Shown here: positions 24,012 through 36,027 of the stretch, piece by piece
How the letters are laid out: the number at the start of each line of letters is the position of its first letter
How positions within the stretch are numbered: the first letter of the stretch is position 1
Assembly: GCF_000281045.1 (NCBI RefSeq)
Contig: NW_008246096.1
Span: forward strand, 163,727-227,726
Direction: 5' to 3'
DNA from: Saprolegnia diclina VS20
Lineage: Eukaryota
Length of the DNA: 64,000 bases
Notes under the pieces: generated by a model
What the model saw: only the letters and a program-made list of their open reading frames with translations
The model's database searches: none
What the model was told of the DNA's origin: nothing
Made by a program: the position numbers and the translations under genes

Positions 24012-26621
24012 TCAGATGACGGACGTGAGGTCACTCAGGGCCATGAGAATGCCCGGGTTCTCGAAGAGGAAGAACTTGAAGTCGGGCTTCTTGATGCAGA
24101 AGAGCGTGCCCGCGGTTTTGGCAACGAGCATCGACCCAAACGCGCACTCGTCGTCGCTCGTGAGGGCGTTGACGTTGCCAATGAACGCACCGCGGCGAAA
24201 CACCGCGTGGAGACACTCGCTGCTTTGGCCGCTCGTGACCGAGTCGATTGGCACCACGCGCTATCATCGAAGCGTCGTTAGTGTACCCTGCAATACAGCA
24301 CGGAGTGTACGTTCACCGAGCCTTTCCGCTTCCGGGGCGGCCCTCTTGGCTCGGTCGGCATATCGGCTTCGGCAGCGCTGGCGCTTGTCGGCTTTGTCCA
24401 CGTCTTCATGACAAACTCGCCTTCCGAGACAAAGACCGCAATGTCGCACGCCTCGTCCGCGTTCCACACAATGAAGTTCTCGGCGACGATCCACTTGCCA
24501 AGCGTGAGCTCGAGCTGCGTGCGCTGGATTTGCGTGAGCTTGGTAAAGATACTGTTCTCGGCGATTGTGTCCCACGCAAAGTTGTGCCGCGTTTCCACGA
24601 GCTTTTGGATGCGGTTGAAGACGCTCGTGTCGCGTAAGAACCAGTTGATGTCGGCGGCGTTGAACTCGAGGAGACAGAGCGGCGACGCAGCAATGACCGA
24701 GCACCCCACGTGCATGTTGGGGGTCAGCAGATATTGGAGGTCGAAATAGTCGCCGGGGATGTACCGCTTGGACTGCGGAATCGTCGAGAGCCGCTTCCGA
24801 TCGCTCGTGTCGGTGCGCGCGCCTAGCGGGGGAAACACCGCCTGGGCTTCGCCCGCCACGACAATGTAAAACGAGCGCGCGATGCTGCCGTGTTCTTGGA
24901 CGGTCGCTGCTTTGGCGTAGTCGACTCGGCGCGCCATCTACATCCCAGTGAGACGCGTGTGCTGTACGCGCTCACAAGATACGAACGGTACCTGGACCAG
25001 TTCGTACGCGTCGGCGAGGGTGAGGTCGACAAAGATGTCGATTTTTCGCACGAGATCAAGCACCTCGAGGGTGCTTGCACTCTCCGGTCGCTCCTACGCG
25101 CAGCGTGCATCGACGCGGTGGCCATATTGCGTGTGCGTACGGTCGGGACGATGATGGTGTTTTGGACGCCTTCGGGCGCCGGGCGCAGGCCGCTGTCGGC
25201 GGGAATGTCCTTGGCAGCCGTGTGCACGACAAAGATCTTTTTGCGAATGTTCTCGTCGAGCGCCATGAGCGACTTGATGGGCGTGTGGATCGGCGGCACA
25301 CCGGCTTCGTGCAAGATGACGTCGCAGTCCCACGGAAACGCCAGCAGCTCGTTGCACCTTATCATTTGCTCACCTCGGGCAAGAAAGGGTGAGGAAGGTA
25401 CCGATGCTCGGTGAGTACGCCTTCGTCCTTGAGCGCTTTGATCCGCTCGACGTCGTTGAGGTGGTCGCCCGAAAACACGATGCGTTTGGAGCCGTACGTG
25501 ACTTCGAAGCCCACGCACGGAATCGAGTGGAGCGAGTAAAAGAAGCGGAAGGTCGCGCCGCGGATGCTCGTCGGGTCGTTGATGCGCACGTTGCGGTAGT
25601 TGAGCACACGCTTGAGAAAGCTCTCTTCAAACCCCGAGAGCGCCGCGTACTTGCGCAGAAACGACTGGTAGATGGTTTGCGTCGTGATGAGCGACACGCG
25701 GCCTTCTTGTAGAATCTGTGTGGCCATAGACACTATTGTCCACAACAACAGCAACACTGCAACTACCTTTTGAAACGTGCCGGCGTCGTGGTCGGCGTGG
25801 CAGTGCGTCACAATGACGCCGTCAATCATGAGCGGCGGGATCGAGTTGGCAATGAGGATTGAGGTCGAGAACGGCGGCGGGTCGACCATGATGCCGCGGT
25901 GGTTGATCCACAATACGTACCCGGACGTCTTGCCATTCGGGTCAAACCCATGCGAGTTGCCAAGCACTGTGACGCCAAAAGCCGGCGGGTAAAACACATC
26001 GCGCACCGTGAGGTTCTGCGCGGGGGGCGGGAGCCGCACAAAGTCCTCAATCATCGCCGACGCTGCACCATTGTCGGTAATGACAAAGCCGTGTTCGGTC
26101 TTCTGAATCGTGACCGTGTTCTCACCGGAAACGAGCGTCGCTATGTTGTCGTCGCGGAAGTGCGTAAACTTGAGCAGCATCTCGAGCGTAATGAGCGTGT
26201 TGCCAAACTTGCGAAAGTACCCGAGCTCCGCCTCGAGGTTGGGATACGCCGAGGCCGGCACCGCGGGCGGAAAGTCCATGCGCATGTCAATGGCCTGCGG
26301 GCCAAAGAGCGTCTCTTGGAAGACGCGGCGGATGCGGTCTTCGACCTCTTGCGACGCGACGATGAGGTTGACGCACTGCCGCTTGAAGAAGAAATTGCAG
26401 TACGCGGGGAACTCGAACTCGGCGACGTTGACGCCCATGTTGGGGCCCAGTGTCTTCGTAAAGGGCTCGGACGGTACGATAAAGTACATGGGCACGGGGA
26501 GACCGAGCGCCATCGAGTCCTTGATCGTCTCGGGCGGCATGCCGTACTGGATCGGTCCAATCGAGGTCGAGACGACCGAGCCGCCGCGCGGTAGCTCCGT
26601 CACCTTGAGCGTCGCTGCCAT
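24012..26621 (-). CDS. Metallo-beta-lactamase-fold cyclic nucleotide phosphodiesterase with two C-terminal cNMP-binding domains (Dictyostelium PdeD/PdeE-like)
   Basis: GMPPETIKD, EFEFPAYCNFF, LGNSHGFDP, MVDPP, the MBL motif THCHADHDAG, HSIPCVGF, FSGDH and HEAGVPPIHT, then two cNBD-like domains (SFYIVVAGEA...PGDYF; VFRRGAFIG). Confidence 0.88.
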
Positions 26622-26792
26622 ATATCTGCGCGCGTGGGGCGTACTTTCCAACTACGAACCGACGCGGGAGTTTCGCGCTATTTCCGCGCAACCGTTGGCA
26701 AAACCACTGGAACCGCGGTTGCAACAAACACTGTTTGGAACGACGATCTTCCTGCAATCGCACGTTTCAGTTGGCAACCGCCTGTGCGAGCC

Positions 26793-28785
26793 ATGGCATC
26801 GATCGTCGTCAACGCCCTCTCGCTATTGCTATTGCTATTGCTATTGCACGCTGGACCGGCGCAAGCATCGCTCTGCCACGGACCAGAGACACTCGTGCCC
26901 GTCGACGAGAATCATCGTCAGGACGACGTGGTTCGCACCGCGGTGAGCGCACTCGTGCGGCTTCATATGCACAAGCACGTATGCACGGGCTGGTTTGTCG
27001 GTGGCCAAGGTCACTTGCTCACGGCGCACCACTGCGTTCGTGGAGTGGACGCGACGGCCATTGTTGTTGAGGTCCCGTCCCACAACGGGTCGATGCGTCG
27101 TCTTGCGACTGGTGTCGATATTGTCGCCGTCTCGGAAGCGCTCGACTATGCGCTCCTTCGGCCGTGGAATGGCACCTTGCGCGGCCGCCACCATTTGATG
27201 TTGCACCACGACACCTCCGACCTGCTCGGTCTTTCCGCCGTTCTTCCGCAGTTCACTGATGGCACGTCCCCGCCGTTCTTGTCCCGTGACGGCCAAATCC
27301 TTACAACCACGTACACTGGCTGCGGTCGCGGCGGACGTCTCGGGTACGCGCTCTCGACCAAGACGTGTGCGTCCGGGTCGCCGATCCTGTCGACAGCCAC
27401 GGGCGCCGTTTTGGGACTGCACACATGTGGCGGTATCGTCCTTACGCTGCATGTTGCGTTATATAGAGCGTATCTGTCTAGGCTGCAACACGGAGCAAGG
27501 GCGGTTGAACAGCGGTGTCGCTGCCACCGACATCGCTGCCGACTTGAAGCGGCAAAAGGCGTTGCCACCAGCAGCGCTGGCGACTACGGTGCCACATTTG
27601 ACCGAATCGCCACCCACATCAATGGTTGAAGTTCGTGGCACGCTCGTGCATGCGTCGGGCGCGCCTTCGGTCGACACGATACTGCTCTCGGTCGCGACAC
27701 CGGGTCGACTCCGTATCGATGTTGCGGCATGGACGCAGGACGCGTATGGTCGGTGGACGGACGTCCGCGGCGACTGCGATGGCTCGTACTTTGATTCGAA
27801 AGTGATTTTTGCCTCCGTCGACGCCGCCGACGGCCGCCAGCGCGCGCACATTCTCGTCGAAAACGACGACGACACGTCAAGCCGTGGCCGCACCGACGGC
27901 TCGATCAGCGCCCGCGATGCCTACATCGACTACTACGTTGCATCGCCCGGCGAGTATTACGCGTTTCTCGGTACGTCGGGCATGGCGCTTGCTCTGGAGG
28001 CGTCAGCGCCGACCGCTCGCAACAGCAACAGTAGTGCTCTCTACGGATGCGGCAACATGCTCGCCGCCGCCGCCAGCTACAAAATGTCGCTCACGGCCGA
28101 CGCAGGTATGCTGCTTCGGGTCGAGGCGCCACAAGTGCGTTCGCCATCAGCGTGCAATGGAATCGCAGCACGGGGGCCGGTGCAGTGCCCCAGCCCACGC
28201 GAGGGCGCCGTCGAGCTCCGACTGCACGCTGTGGTTGCCGGGACACTGCGCCGGACAACATCGGCCACATCGACCGATTACATTCGCCTAAATATTACGT
28301 CACCCGGCCGCATTGGCATTGACGTGGCATCGTACCAAGAGTTTGCCAACGGGTCCATCGCCCCGGGTGGCCTTCCGAATGTCTGTGGCCGCGCGTACGT
28401 CGACACGATTCTCTACGTCTTTGAGCACTACCCGGACTCGCTCTTGGCGGCTGTTGGGAATCGCCCGATGGCGCACATTGCGTCGGAGCGCTACCGCAGC
28501 ATTAGCACGCGCGACCCGTATCTCGAGCTCGAGCTCGGCGTCGGCGTCTACACGCTCGTCGTCGGCCAAGAACCGCTCTCGCTCTACGAAGCGTTCCATG
28601 CGCTATACCCGAACGTGCGCGAGGCCAACGCGCCGCTGCTCTGCGGTCGACCGCACCCCGTCGGCCACTACCACGTCTTCTTCTGGGTGCAGCATGCCAC
28701 CATGCTATCCCCGCCGGCGCAGCCTGGGTCCTTTGACCATGCGTCGTGCACGACCGAGGTCTGCGCCCACGAGCAGAAACGCTAA
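26793..28785 (+). CDS. Secreted trypsin-like (S1/PA clan) serine protease with two C-terminal PPC/DVUA0089-like beta domains; intron 27433-27481
   Basis: Signal peptide (Leu run encoded by (CTATTG)x4), CTGWFVG...LLTAHHC, LDYALL, and CASGSPIL (catalytic Ser). The C-terminal duplicated module reads D..L.V.TPGRL.IDV...FDSK...ENDD...SARDAYID...PGEY and ...SPGRIGIDV...VDTILY...STRDPYLE...GVY. Confidence 0.82.
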
Positions 28786-28835
28786 GAATACACTCGTCTA
28801 AGCGTTTCGATTGGCGTTGACAGTGTAACTTGGCA

Positions 28836-29858
28836 ATGGGCGCCGGCGGGTCGGTCGACGATGTCCCGCGGAAGCTGCAGAACTTCATCGCGATGAAGGC
28901 GTACAACCTGCGCCAAGCGTCGGGCATGAGCATCGCGCAGCAGTTTGCACCGCTCAAGCAGACGCACCCGACGGTCCAACTTGTGCGAATCAGCGACCAC
29001 TCACGACGTATCTAGACCAAGGACGAGGTGCTCGACTTTGACGCGCTCTGCAGCTACCTCCAGATCCCGAGCGCGCGCCAAGCCAGCCTCCGCGCGCTCT
29101 TTCAGCTTCACGTACGCGACGCTGTCTGCGAGACCTCGTCACACTGTGGTCGACTGTAGGACAATCACCTCCCGTACGCCGACTTGCTGCGGCTTCTCGA
29201 GCAGCCTGCTGCCACTGCGGTACCAAGTCTCATCTCATGGGACAGTATGACAAGCGCTGGTGTAGCCGACGCGGGCGCCGGCGCCGTCGAGTGCGCGACC
29301 AGTGCCACCGCCCGCCACGACGCAGCTCGTGCGCATCGAAGTGGCTCGGCCGAGCCTCGCTGCGAGCGGCGCGTCGTCGATTGCGCTTGTACCCGGTCTC
29401 TGGAAGAAACGCGAAATCACAATCCAAGAGCGGATCGTCGAGTACACCAAGATCGACGAGCATGGCGTGCCGCAGAACCTCATCGAGAAGGAAAAGCACC
29501 AGCACGAGGTACAGGTGTCTACGCTACTTGGCGAGATGGCATATCGGTCTAGATCATCCACATGGAGTCGACCACCGGCGAGTTTGCCCATCGCGAAGTG
29601 ACCTACTTTGAGCAGACTGAAGAGCTCAACAACGAGGTCGTCCACCACGACACGGGCAAGGAAGAATTTGTGCACCTCAAGTCCAAGGACGACGAGATCT
29701 CGCACTTTGAGTCGAGCATGCCGCAGCGACCGCCCGAAGCCTGCGAACAGCCGCCGCCGTCGCCGACGCTCAAGAAAGATCCGAGCGGCAACAACGACGA
29801 AGAGACCCAGGACCCACAGCAGCAGCAGCAGATGTACGAGGAACGTAGTGACGCCTAA
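28836..29858 (+). CDS. Hypothetical protein with a predicted N-myristoylation site (multi-exon)
   Basis: MGAGGS start and a conserved-looking beta-rich C-terminal block LWKKREITIQERIVEYTKID...HMESTTGEFAHREVTYFEQTE; GT-AG introns are apparent. Confidence 0.7.
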
Positions 29859-29892
29859 GATCTAGATGGCGTGTATTGTTTCGAGTCGTCGT

Positions 29893-32800
29893 TTAGTGGG
29901 CTGCGTCCTTGAACGCAATCGCTTTGCAAATGTAATCTTGAAACTCTTGGCACGTGAGCGAGTCACGCGACACAATGTGCAGCGGCGATACGCTCAGCGG
30001 CTTCTTGGGCGTAAAGTCTTCGAGCGGGTTGCCGGTGGCCCCCGGCGAGAGCGACAGCTCGACGCGGAAGCGCCGCGGGTCCAAGCTGTTGAGGCCGCCT
30101 AGAAAGAGGGTCTAAGACGCAGTGGCCAAGCAAGGGACAGGGCGTACATCGTTCAAAGACACGAACGACAATGTGCGTCATGTAGCAGAGCTCGGGGATC
30201 TCTTCGATCCACTTGCGCCCGGGCACCGAGACGGGGCAGTCCTCCTCTTTGCCCGTGACGCTGTGCCGAAGGACGTTCAGGAGCGTGTGCAAGTGCGACT
30301 CGCTCGTAAAGTAGAGGCGGGTGCGCACAGAGCGGTGCGTCGACTTGATGTCCTTGGTCGCATACGACGGGTCGAGGCGGTGCGTAATGTTGAAGCCCCG
30401 CGCGAGGTCGAGGTCGTCGCGCATCTTCTTGAGCAATGACTGGCACATGTTGGTGCCAATGTGAAGCTTTTCGTGCACATCAATGCCATACTCCTACAAC
30501 GCGCCGTCGAAAACGGTGTCTCAGACAAAGGCAGTACCTGCGGCACGAGGGCGTGGGCCAGTGAGGCCGAGATATCTAGGAGCTCCTTGATACCGCTGAG
30601 GTACAGGTGCGCGTTGTGCATCGCATCGTAGCGGATACAGTCGTGGATGTCCGGGATCTTGGAGAGATCAAACGTCTTGCCCTTCTTCGAGTAAAAGTCG
30701 CGGTACAGCTTGGCCCAGCGCTCGCGCATCATCTCGAGCGTCTCGCGGCCGCACGGCTCGCGCTTGGTGTGGCCCGCCGACCCGATGCGGGGCCGTGGAC
30801 TCGACATGAGCGAGTTCAGCGACGTCGCCGTCGGCGTCTTGGGGCGGCTCTTGGGCGACACCGTCTCGTCCACCGAGTTTTTGCGCGCCTTGGGCGTCTT
30901 CGTCGTCGCCACCGACGTCGGGCTGAACGCTTCAATGGTTTCGGGCTCGAGCTCCAAGCACGAACCGACCGTCGTTTCCGAGCCCTGGCGCTCGAGGGGC
31001 TTGAACTCGCGATCGTCACGGAGACCGCGCTCAAACTCGGTGGCCGTAAGCACGCGCTCGGCCTTCTCCGTCGCCTCGGCATCCAAAAGCTTGGTGAGCT
31101 GATCCTTCAAGTGGCCCAGAAGCTTGTGCATCCGTTCCATCTTCTTCATAGGCTGCTCGACGACGTCGAGTGCGGCAGCCACGCTTCGGACGAGGCGCGA
31201 GTTGGAGTGAGTCCGCAAGAGGCCGCAGTCGTCATCGCGGTGCAGAATGTCGTGGAGCCGCTCCTTCACGGCCATGATCATTTCTTGCGCTGACGAGCCC
31301 GATTGGTCCAGCATCGAGTCGGCGTCCTTGGACTTGAGCACCAAACTCACGAGAATGGGAATGATATCGCCCTCGAGCTCGAGCAAACCTTTCGCAAACG
31401 ACGCCGCCGTCTTCTGCACACGACCTTCGTCGCTCGTGTAGATCTTGAGGTCGTGCCGGTACGTCGAGTGCAGTCGGAGGAGACCGCCGTCGCCACCGGG
31501 GTACATGATCTGGCGGAAGTGCTGACCGAGCGTCTCGGCTTGCTGGATGCCTGAGTGGGTCAAATCACCGCCCCACTTGACGATCAGCAATAGCTGGCTA
31601 ATGCGACCGCAGCTTTCCTATTCGAATACACCAACATGATTAAAGGGTGCTTGGACATTCGGAATACCTTGTCGCCGCCCTTTGGCGATGAGCTGACGTT
31701 GGTCAGCGACTCGAGGCGCGCCTGGCGCTCCACCGGCACGGGTGACGTCGGTGCCGCTTGAAAGTCTATAGATCATTTCATTCGAATGCACAAGGTGCGA
31801 CGCCGCGACGTACCATCGGTCCACGCACGAGGCTTCATCTGAACCTTTCGGTTGATGCCACAGAGCTGCCAGCGCTGGAGGACGTCGCGAAGCGTGTAGA
31901 TGCCCTTCATTTGCTCGCCATCAATATCGTCGTCGTCGGCGTCGTCGACGTCCTTGGCATCGGCGTCCAACGCACGGCGCTGCTTGGCTTCGTACGCTGC
32001 GATGAGATTTTTGCTCACGGCGAGAAGCTCTTCGAGGTCCTTGATCGTCTTGATCTTAAGGTCCTTCTTCTTCCCGCGCCCGACGCGGTTTTCGTAAAAG
32101 TCGAGTAGCTGCGGCGACGTCACGAGCATCTTCATCTTCTGCTTGGGCGTGCGATCACCGTGGCGGATGACGGCGAGGACGCAGCGTAGCTCTTCTTCCT
32201 CCATGCCATCCGCATCGCTGCCGTCGAACCCGCCATCAAACTCGCTCTCCGACTAATCGCATACATCTATGAGTCACAACACGGCGTGGTGGCGAAGCGT
32301 ATACCGCCGTGCCGTCGGCCTGCAAAAGCGACATAGACGAGCTGTTGGTCATCGAGCGCTCGCGGTCGAGCGGCGGCGAGTACATGTCGGCGTACGGATC
32401 TTCGTAACCCGCGAGCGCGCGTTCGAGGTACTGGCGGAGGAGCACGGCGCAGTCGTCGTAGTACTTGGGCGAGTTCTTGACAAAGCTCCAGCCGTTGACG
32501 TCGCACACATACGACTCGTTCCCGACACGAAGAATGTCAAAGCCGCAGACCGTTTGGCCAAACGCGCGGCAGACTTTGTGCGCAATGTTCTTCTCGTTCG
32601 TCGAGAGAATCACGGGGTACCGAATCTCCTTCCCGACCGAGTCGCGCATGACCTTGCCGTCAAGGACGGGCGACTTGCGCGCTTCCGCGTGCGCATAGTT
32701 GGGGCCGACCGTGTACACCTTGACGTCGGTCCCTTGGGTCGCAATGAACTCTTCGTAAATGTATGACTGACCGCGCCGGACGCTGTTTTCATGCGGATGG

Positions 32801-33620
32801 AACTCGGACGACCGGTTCCCGACCTTCCGGAAGAGGTGCTTGCAGCCGCCGCCTGCGTTCGTCGGGTAGTAGATGTAGATGTTGTGGTCCTCGCCGTTTA
32901 CGGGCTTTTCAACAAACGGCTTTTGGATGCGGACGCCGTCGAGCTCGACAAAGTCGTCGCACTCGAAAAAATCGGGCTCGAGGGTCGACCCGCGGTAGCC
33001 ATCGCGGTTGACGACGATGTGCCTACGCACCAAGCATGAGACGCCATAGCTTCCAGCATGTTCGTCGGTACTTGGGCGTCGGGATGTTGTGTTCCTGGAG
33101 GATCCGGTAGACGTCGCGGCGATCCATGAGCAAGTTTTGGTTCGAGAGATCGTTCACGACGATGGGCTGGCGGAGCTCGACGTACTCCATGGCCTACACG
33201 AACGTGGTCAAGGCGATGTTTCTCGCATGTCTACGGTACCTTGTCGAGCGGGAACCCCGTCGAGAAGAACGCAATGAGCGCATCGCAGAGCGGCCACTCG
33301 TCCACAGACTTGTTGAGGATCATGTCGTCGCCAAAGAGGACGATCTGGAACGCATGCTTGGGAAGGCGCTGGAGGATCTCAGTCATGGGCTTGGACGTCG
33401 CCTTCTTGTCCATGGCGCAGACGCCGATGACAAAGGGCGAGGACCGCTCGAGGTTGACGGGCGAAGACGCGGTCGGCTCGATGTTGGCGAAGGTGAAGAC
33501 GCTGCCCGGCGTCCGCGCGTCCGCGCTCTCGCGCCGCTTCTCCCGCGCGACCTGGGCGCCCATGCTGCTCTTCCACTTGGTCGACTTGTCGCGAAAACGG
33601 TTTTCATTGCATTTCAACAT
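29893..33620 (-). CDS. VIP1: Inositol hexakisphosphate / diphosphoinositol-pentakisphosphate kinase (PPIP5K/Vip1), multi-exon
   Basis: [84 protein letters not shown], phosphatase motif [32 protein letters not shown] and [11 protein letters not shown]. Confidence 0.97.
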
Positions 33621-33755
33621 TCACCACCCAAACTCTCTTGCTGTTTGTATGCAGCGACCTAGTACATACAAAACCCAAGTGTATTTTTTCGTGCCACTTG
33701 CGCTTTGTATACTTGCCCGAAATCGTCCGTGGAGGATCCGTACGCGTCCACGTCA

Positions 33756-34622
33756 ATGAAGCGGGCCGAGGAGTATGCAGCTGTCGCGACCAAGCGGCCG
33801 CGCGCCGAGGACAAGCCGGACGCGCCGCCCGCGGAAGAGCGCCGAACTGTCCGCTTCGTCGAGACGGGCGCGCTCCTCTCGCTGGCCGACGATGGGCTTA
33901 CGGTCACAGGCAGTAAAGTATGTGCAGACGTCACGGGTGCGGCAAGACTCATGCACGGCTAGGGCTATTGCATGGCACGCGCCAACTGCGGTATTTGTCA
34001 TGGCAATTGCTATTACGAAATCACGCTGCAGCCTGCCGACGTGCCGTACCACGTGCGCTTTGGCGTGGGCACCAAGAAGGCGGACATCAACGCGCCCGTG
34101 GGCTTTGACGAGTCGAGCTACGCATACCGCGATCTCGAAGGCGCGATCGTACACAAGAGCACACGCCGTGACGGCTACGGCGCAGCTTTCGGTAAACCAT
34201 CAACCGCATGCAGGAGCCTCACGAAGCATGCTAGGGCCGGGGGATGTCGTCGGTGCCCTCCTCTTGCTACCCGATCAAGTCGAATCAGGTCCGGATCCCA
34301 CTTCGGCCAGTAGCCCACCCACAAATCCTGCTTCGCCCAGCGTCGGCTCAGAATCTCCGGCAGTGACGCCAGCGTCCGACGTCAAGAAGACGAACGGTAT
34401 CCTTCGCTTCTTCGTCAACGGCGTCGACCAAGGAGTGGCATTCGACGACCTGCCCTGTGGTACCTCATCTCCGAATCGTCCACCTCCATGATCCCGGCAT
34501 TAGGCGATGTGTACTACCCGTGCGTGTCCATCTACCATGCCGGCAGCGTCGTCGCCAACTTTGGCCCATCCTTCCGGACGCCGATGGGCGACGCGATTCC
34601 ATACTCGAGCCCGTCCCCCTAG
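33756..34622 (+). CDS. SPRY-domain protein, ASH2L/Bre2/TRAUCO-like (COMPASS subunit-like); three introns
   Basis: LSLADDGLTVTGSKGYCMARANCGI..GNCYYEI..HVRFG..ADINAPVGFDESSYAYRD..YGAAFGPGDVVG..RFFVNGVDQGVAF..YYPCVSIY..ANFGP. Confidence 0.85.
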
Positions 34623-34657
34623 TACACGTATTACACGGAGGTTGTACTACGCGTCTA

Positions 34658-35764
34658 TTAAAAAGTCATGTGCTGCTCGTCGTGGTATGGCGGCTGCACA
34701 CACGAGTTGATGAGGTGGTTGAGGTCGTCGTCGTTGTTGAGGAACGACGTGTTGGAGAGCATCGACGACCGCAGCGAGAGCTTCGAGAGGCTCTTTTTGA
34801 TCTCGCTCTTGTTCTCGAGGAGATCGTCGAACTCTTGAACACTCAAGTTGAACGTGCGCCGGATGGCTTCTTCGTCGTGCGGGCCAAAGGACGCAAAGAG
34901 CGAGTCGACGAGCTGCCCGTCGTCGACGCCGTCGTTCGTCTCGGCGTTGCGCAGATTGGCCAAGAACGACTCGGAGAGCGCAAACGACCCGTTGAGGCTG
35001 TGGAGGCTGGTGTTGTTGTTGCTGCTGCCGAGGCTGTCTTGGCGCTCCCACTCGAGCTGCATGCGGCGGTGGTCTTCCAAGTACGGTCGCTTGTGCATCG
35101 CGTTGAGGTGGATTTCGTCGAGCATCGACGCGACGTTCTCCGAGCCCATGACGTTGGAGAAGTTGCGCGGCCGCGACGACGACGGCGACATGTATTCGTG
35201 ACCATACTGGTTGGCGAGGTGCTCGGTCGTGTTCATGACGTTCTCAAAGCTGCGGCGACGCGCGAACGGAGGCGGGCTCGTCTCGATCGGCGCCGAGCGT
35301 GGCGTCGGCGTCGACTTGGGCTCGCTCGTACTGCTGGCGCTGCTGCTGCTCGAGTGCAACTTGAGCGAGCCAAAGCCAAAGCCAAAGGACCGCGCTTTAG
35401 CCTTCTCTTGGCGATGCGGATGCATCGTCTTCCATCGGAGCTTGATGTCGTGCTCGGACCGCCCGGGCAGGCGCTTGGCGATCTCTGTCCATCGGTTCCC
35501 GAGCTCTTCGTATGCGTTCTCCAGCGCAATCTCTTCGTCTGTCGTGAACGCCGTCTTGATGAGCGACGGGTCCAAGTGGTTGCGCCACCGATCTCGGCAT
35601 TGCTTGGATCTAGCGCAATAAGCAATCAGAAATGATTGCAGTCAATGGCTGGCGTACGATCTTCCGGGCACGGACTCGGCGATCTTGGACCAGGACTCGG
35701 ACCCGGCCTTCTCCACGCGTCGTCGGAGGAGCTCGTCCTCGTGGGGCGTCCATGCACCGACCAT
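34658..35764 (-). CDS. R2R3 Myb transcription factor (one intron)
   Basis: MVGAWTPHEDELLRRRV...WSKIAESVPGRS|SKQCRDRWRNHLDPSLIKTAFTTDEEIALENAYEELGNRWTEIAKRLPGRSEHDIKLRW. Confidence 0.93.
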
Positions 35765-35850
35765 GCTGCTGTGAATTGTCTTGTGAGCTCAATGGAAAGG
35801 CCATTTGTCGAAGCAAACTTGTACCGTAGAAAACGCTCCGTTTTCGTCTT

Positions 35851-35908
35851 CGATTGGATTACAGCCAATCAAAGTCCGATCCTCGCCGCAAGCCGCGCGT
35901 TGATTGGC
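35851..35908. promoter_or_regulatory. CCAAT boxes in the bidirectional promoter of two Myb genes
   Basis: Inverted pair GATTGG-attacag-CCAATC at 35852-35870 and a third GATTGG at ~35902, inside a 263-bp divergent intergenic region. Confidence 0.6.
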
Positions 35909-36027
35909 CATTGCATTGAGTTACAGCGGTGGCGTATGGCGCGGGAATATTTCACGCGGTTTGCACAATACACTTGGCGTTTGTAGGCAACGATGAATCG
36001 CGGCTTAATTTATGGCCGGCGTGTCGC

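Noticed and set aside
26822..26846. (CTATTG)4 microsatellite
   Set aside because: It simply encodes the Leu run of the protease signal peptide.
29893..33620. Kinase-phosphatase bifunctional fusion as a novelty
   Set aside because: This is the standard PPIP5K/Vip1 architecture.
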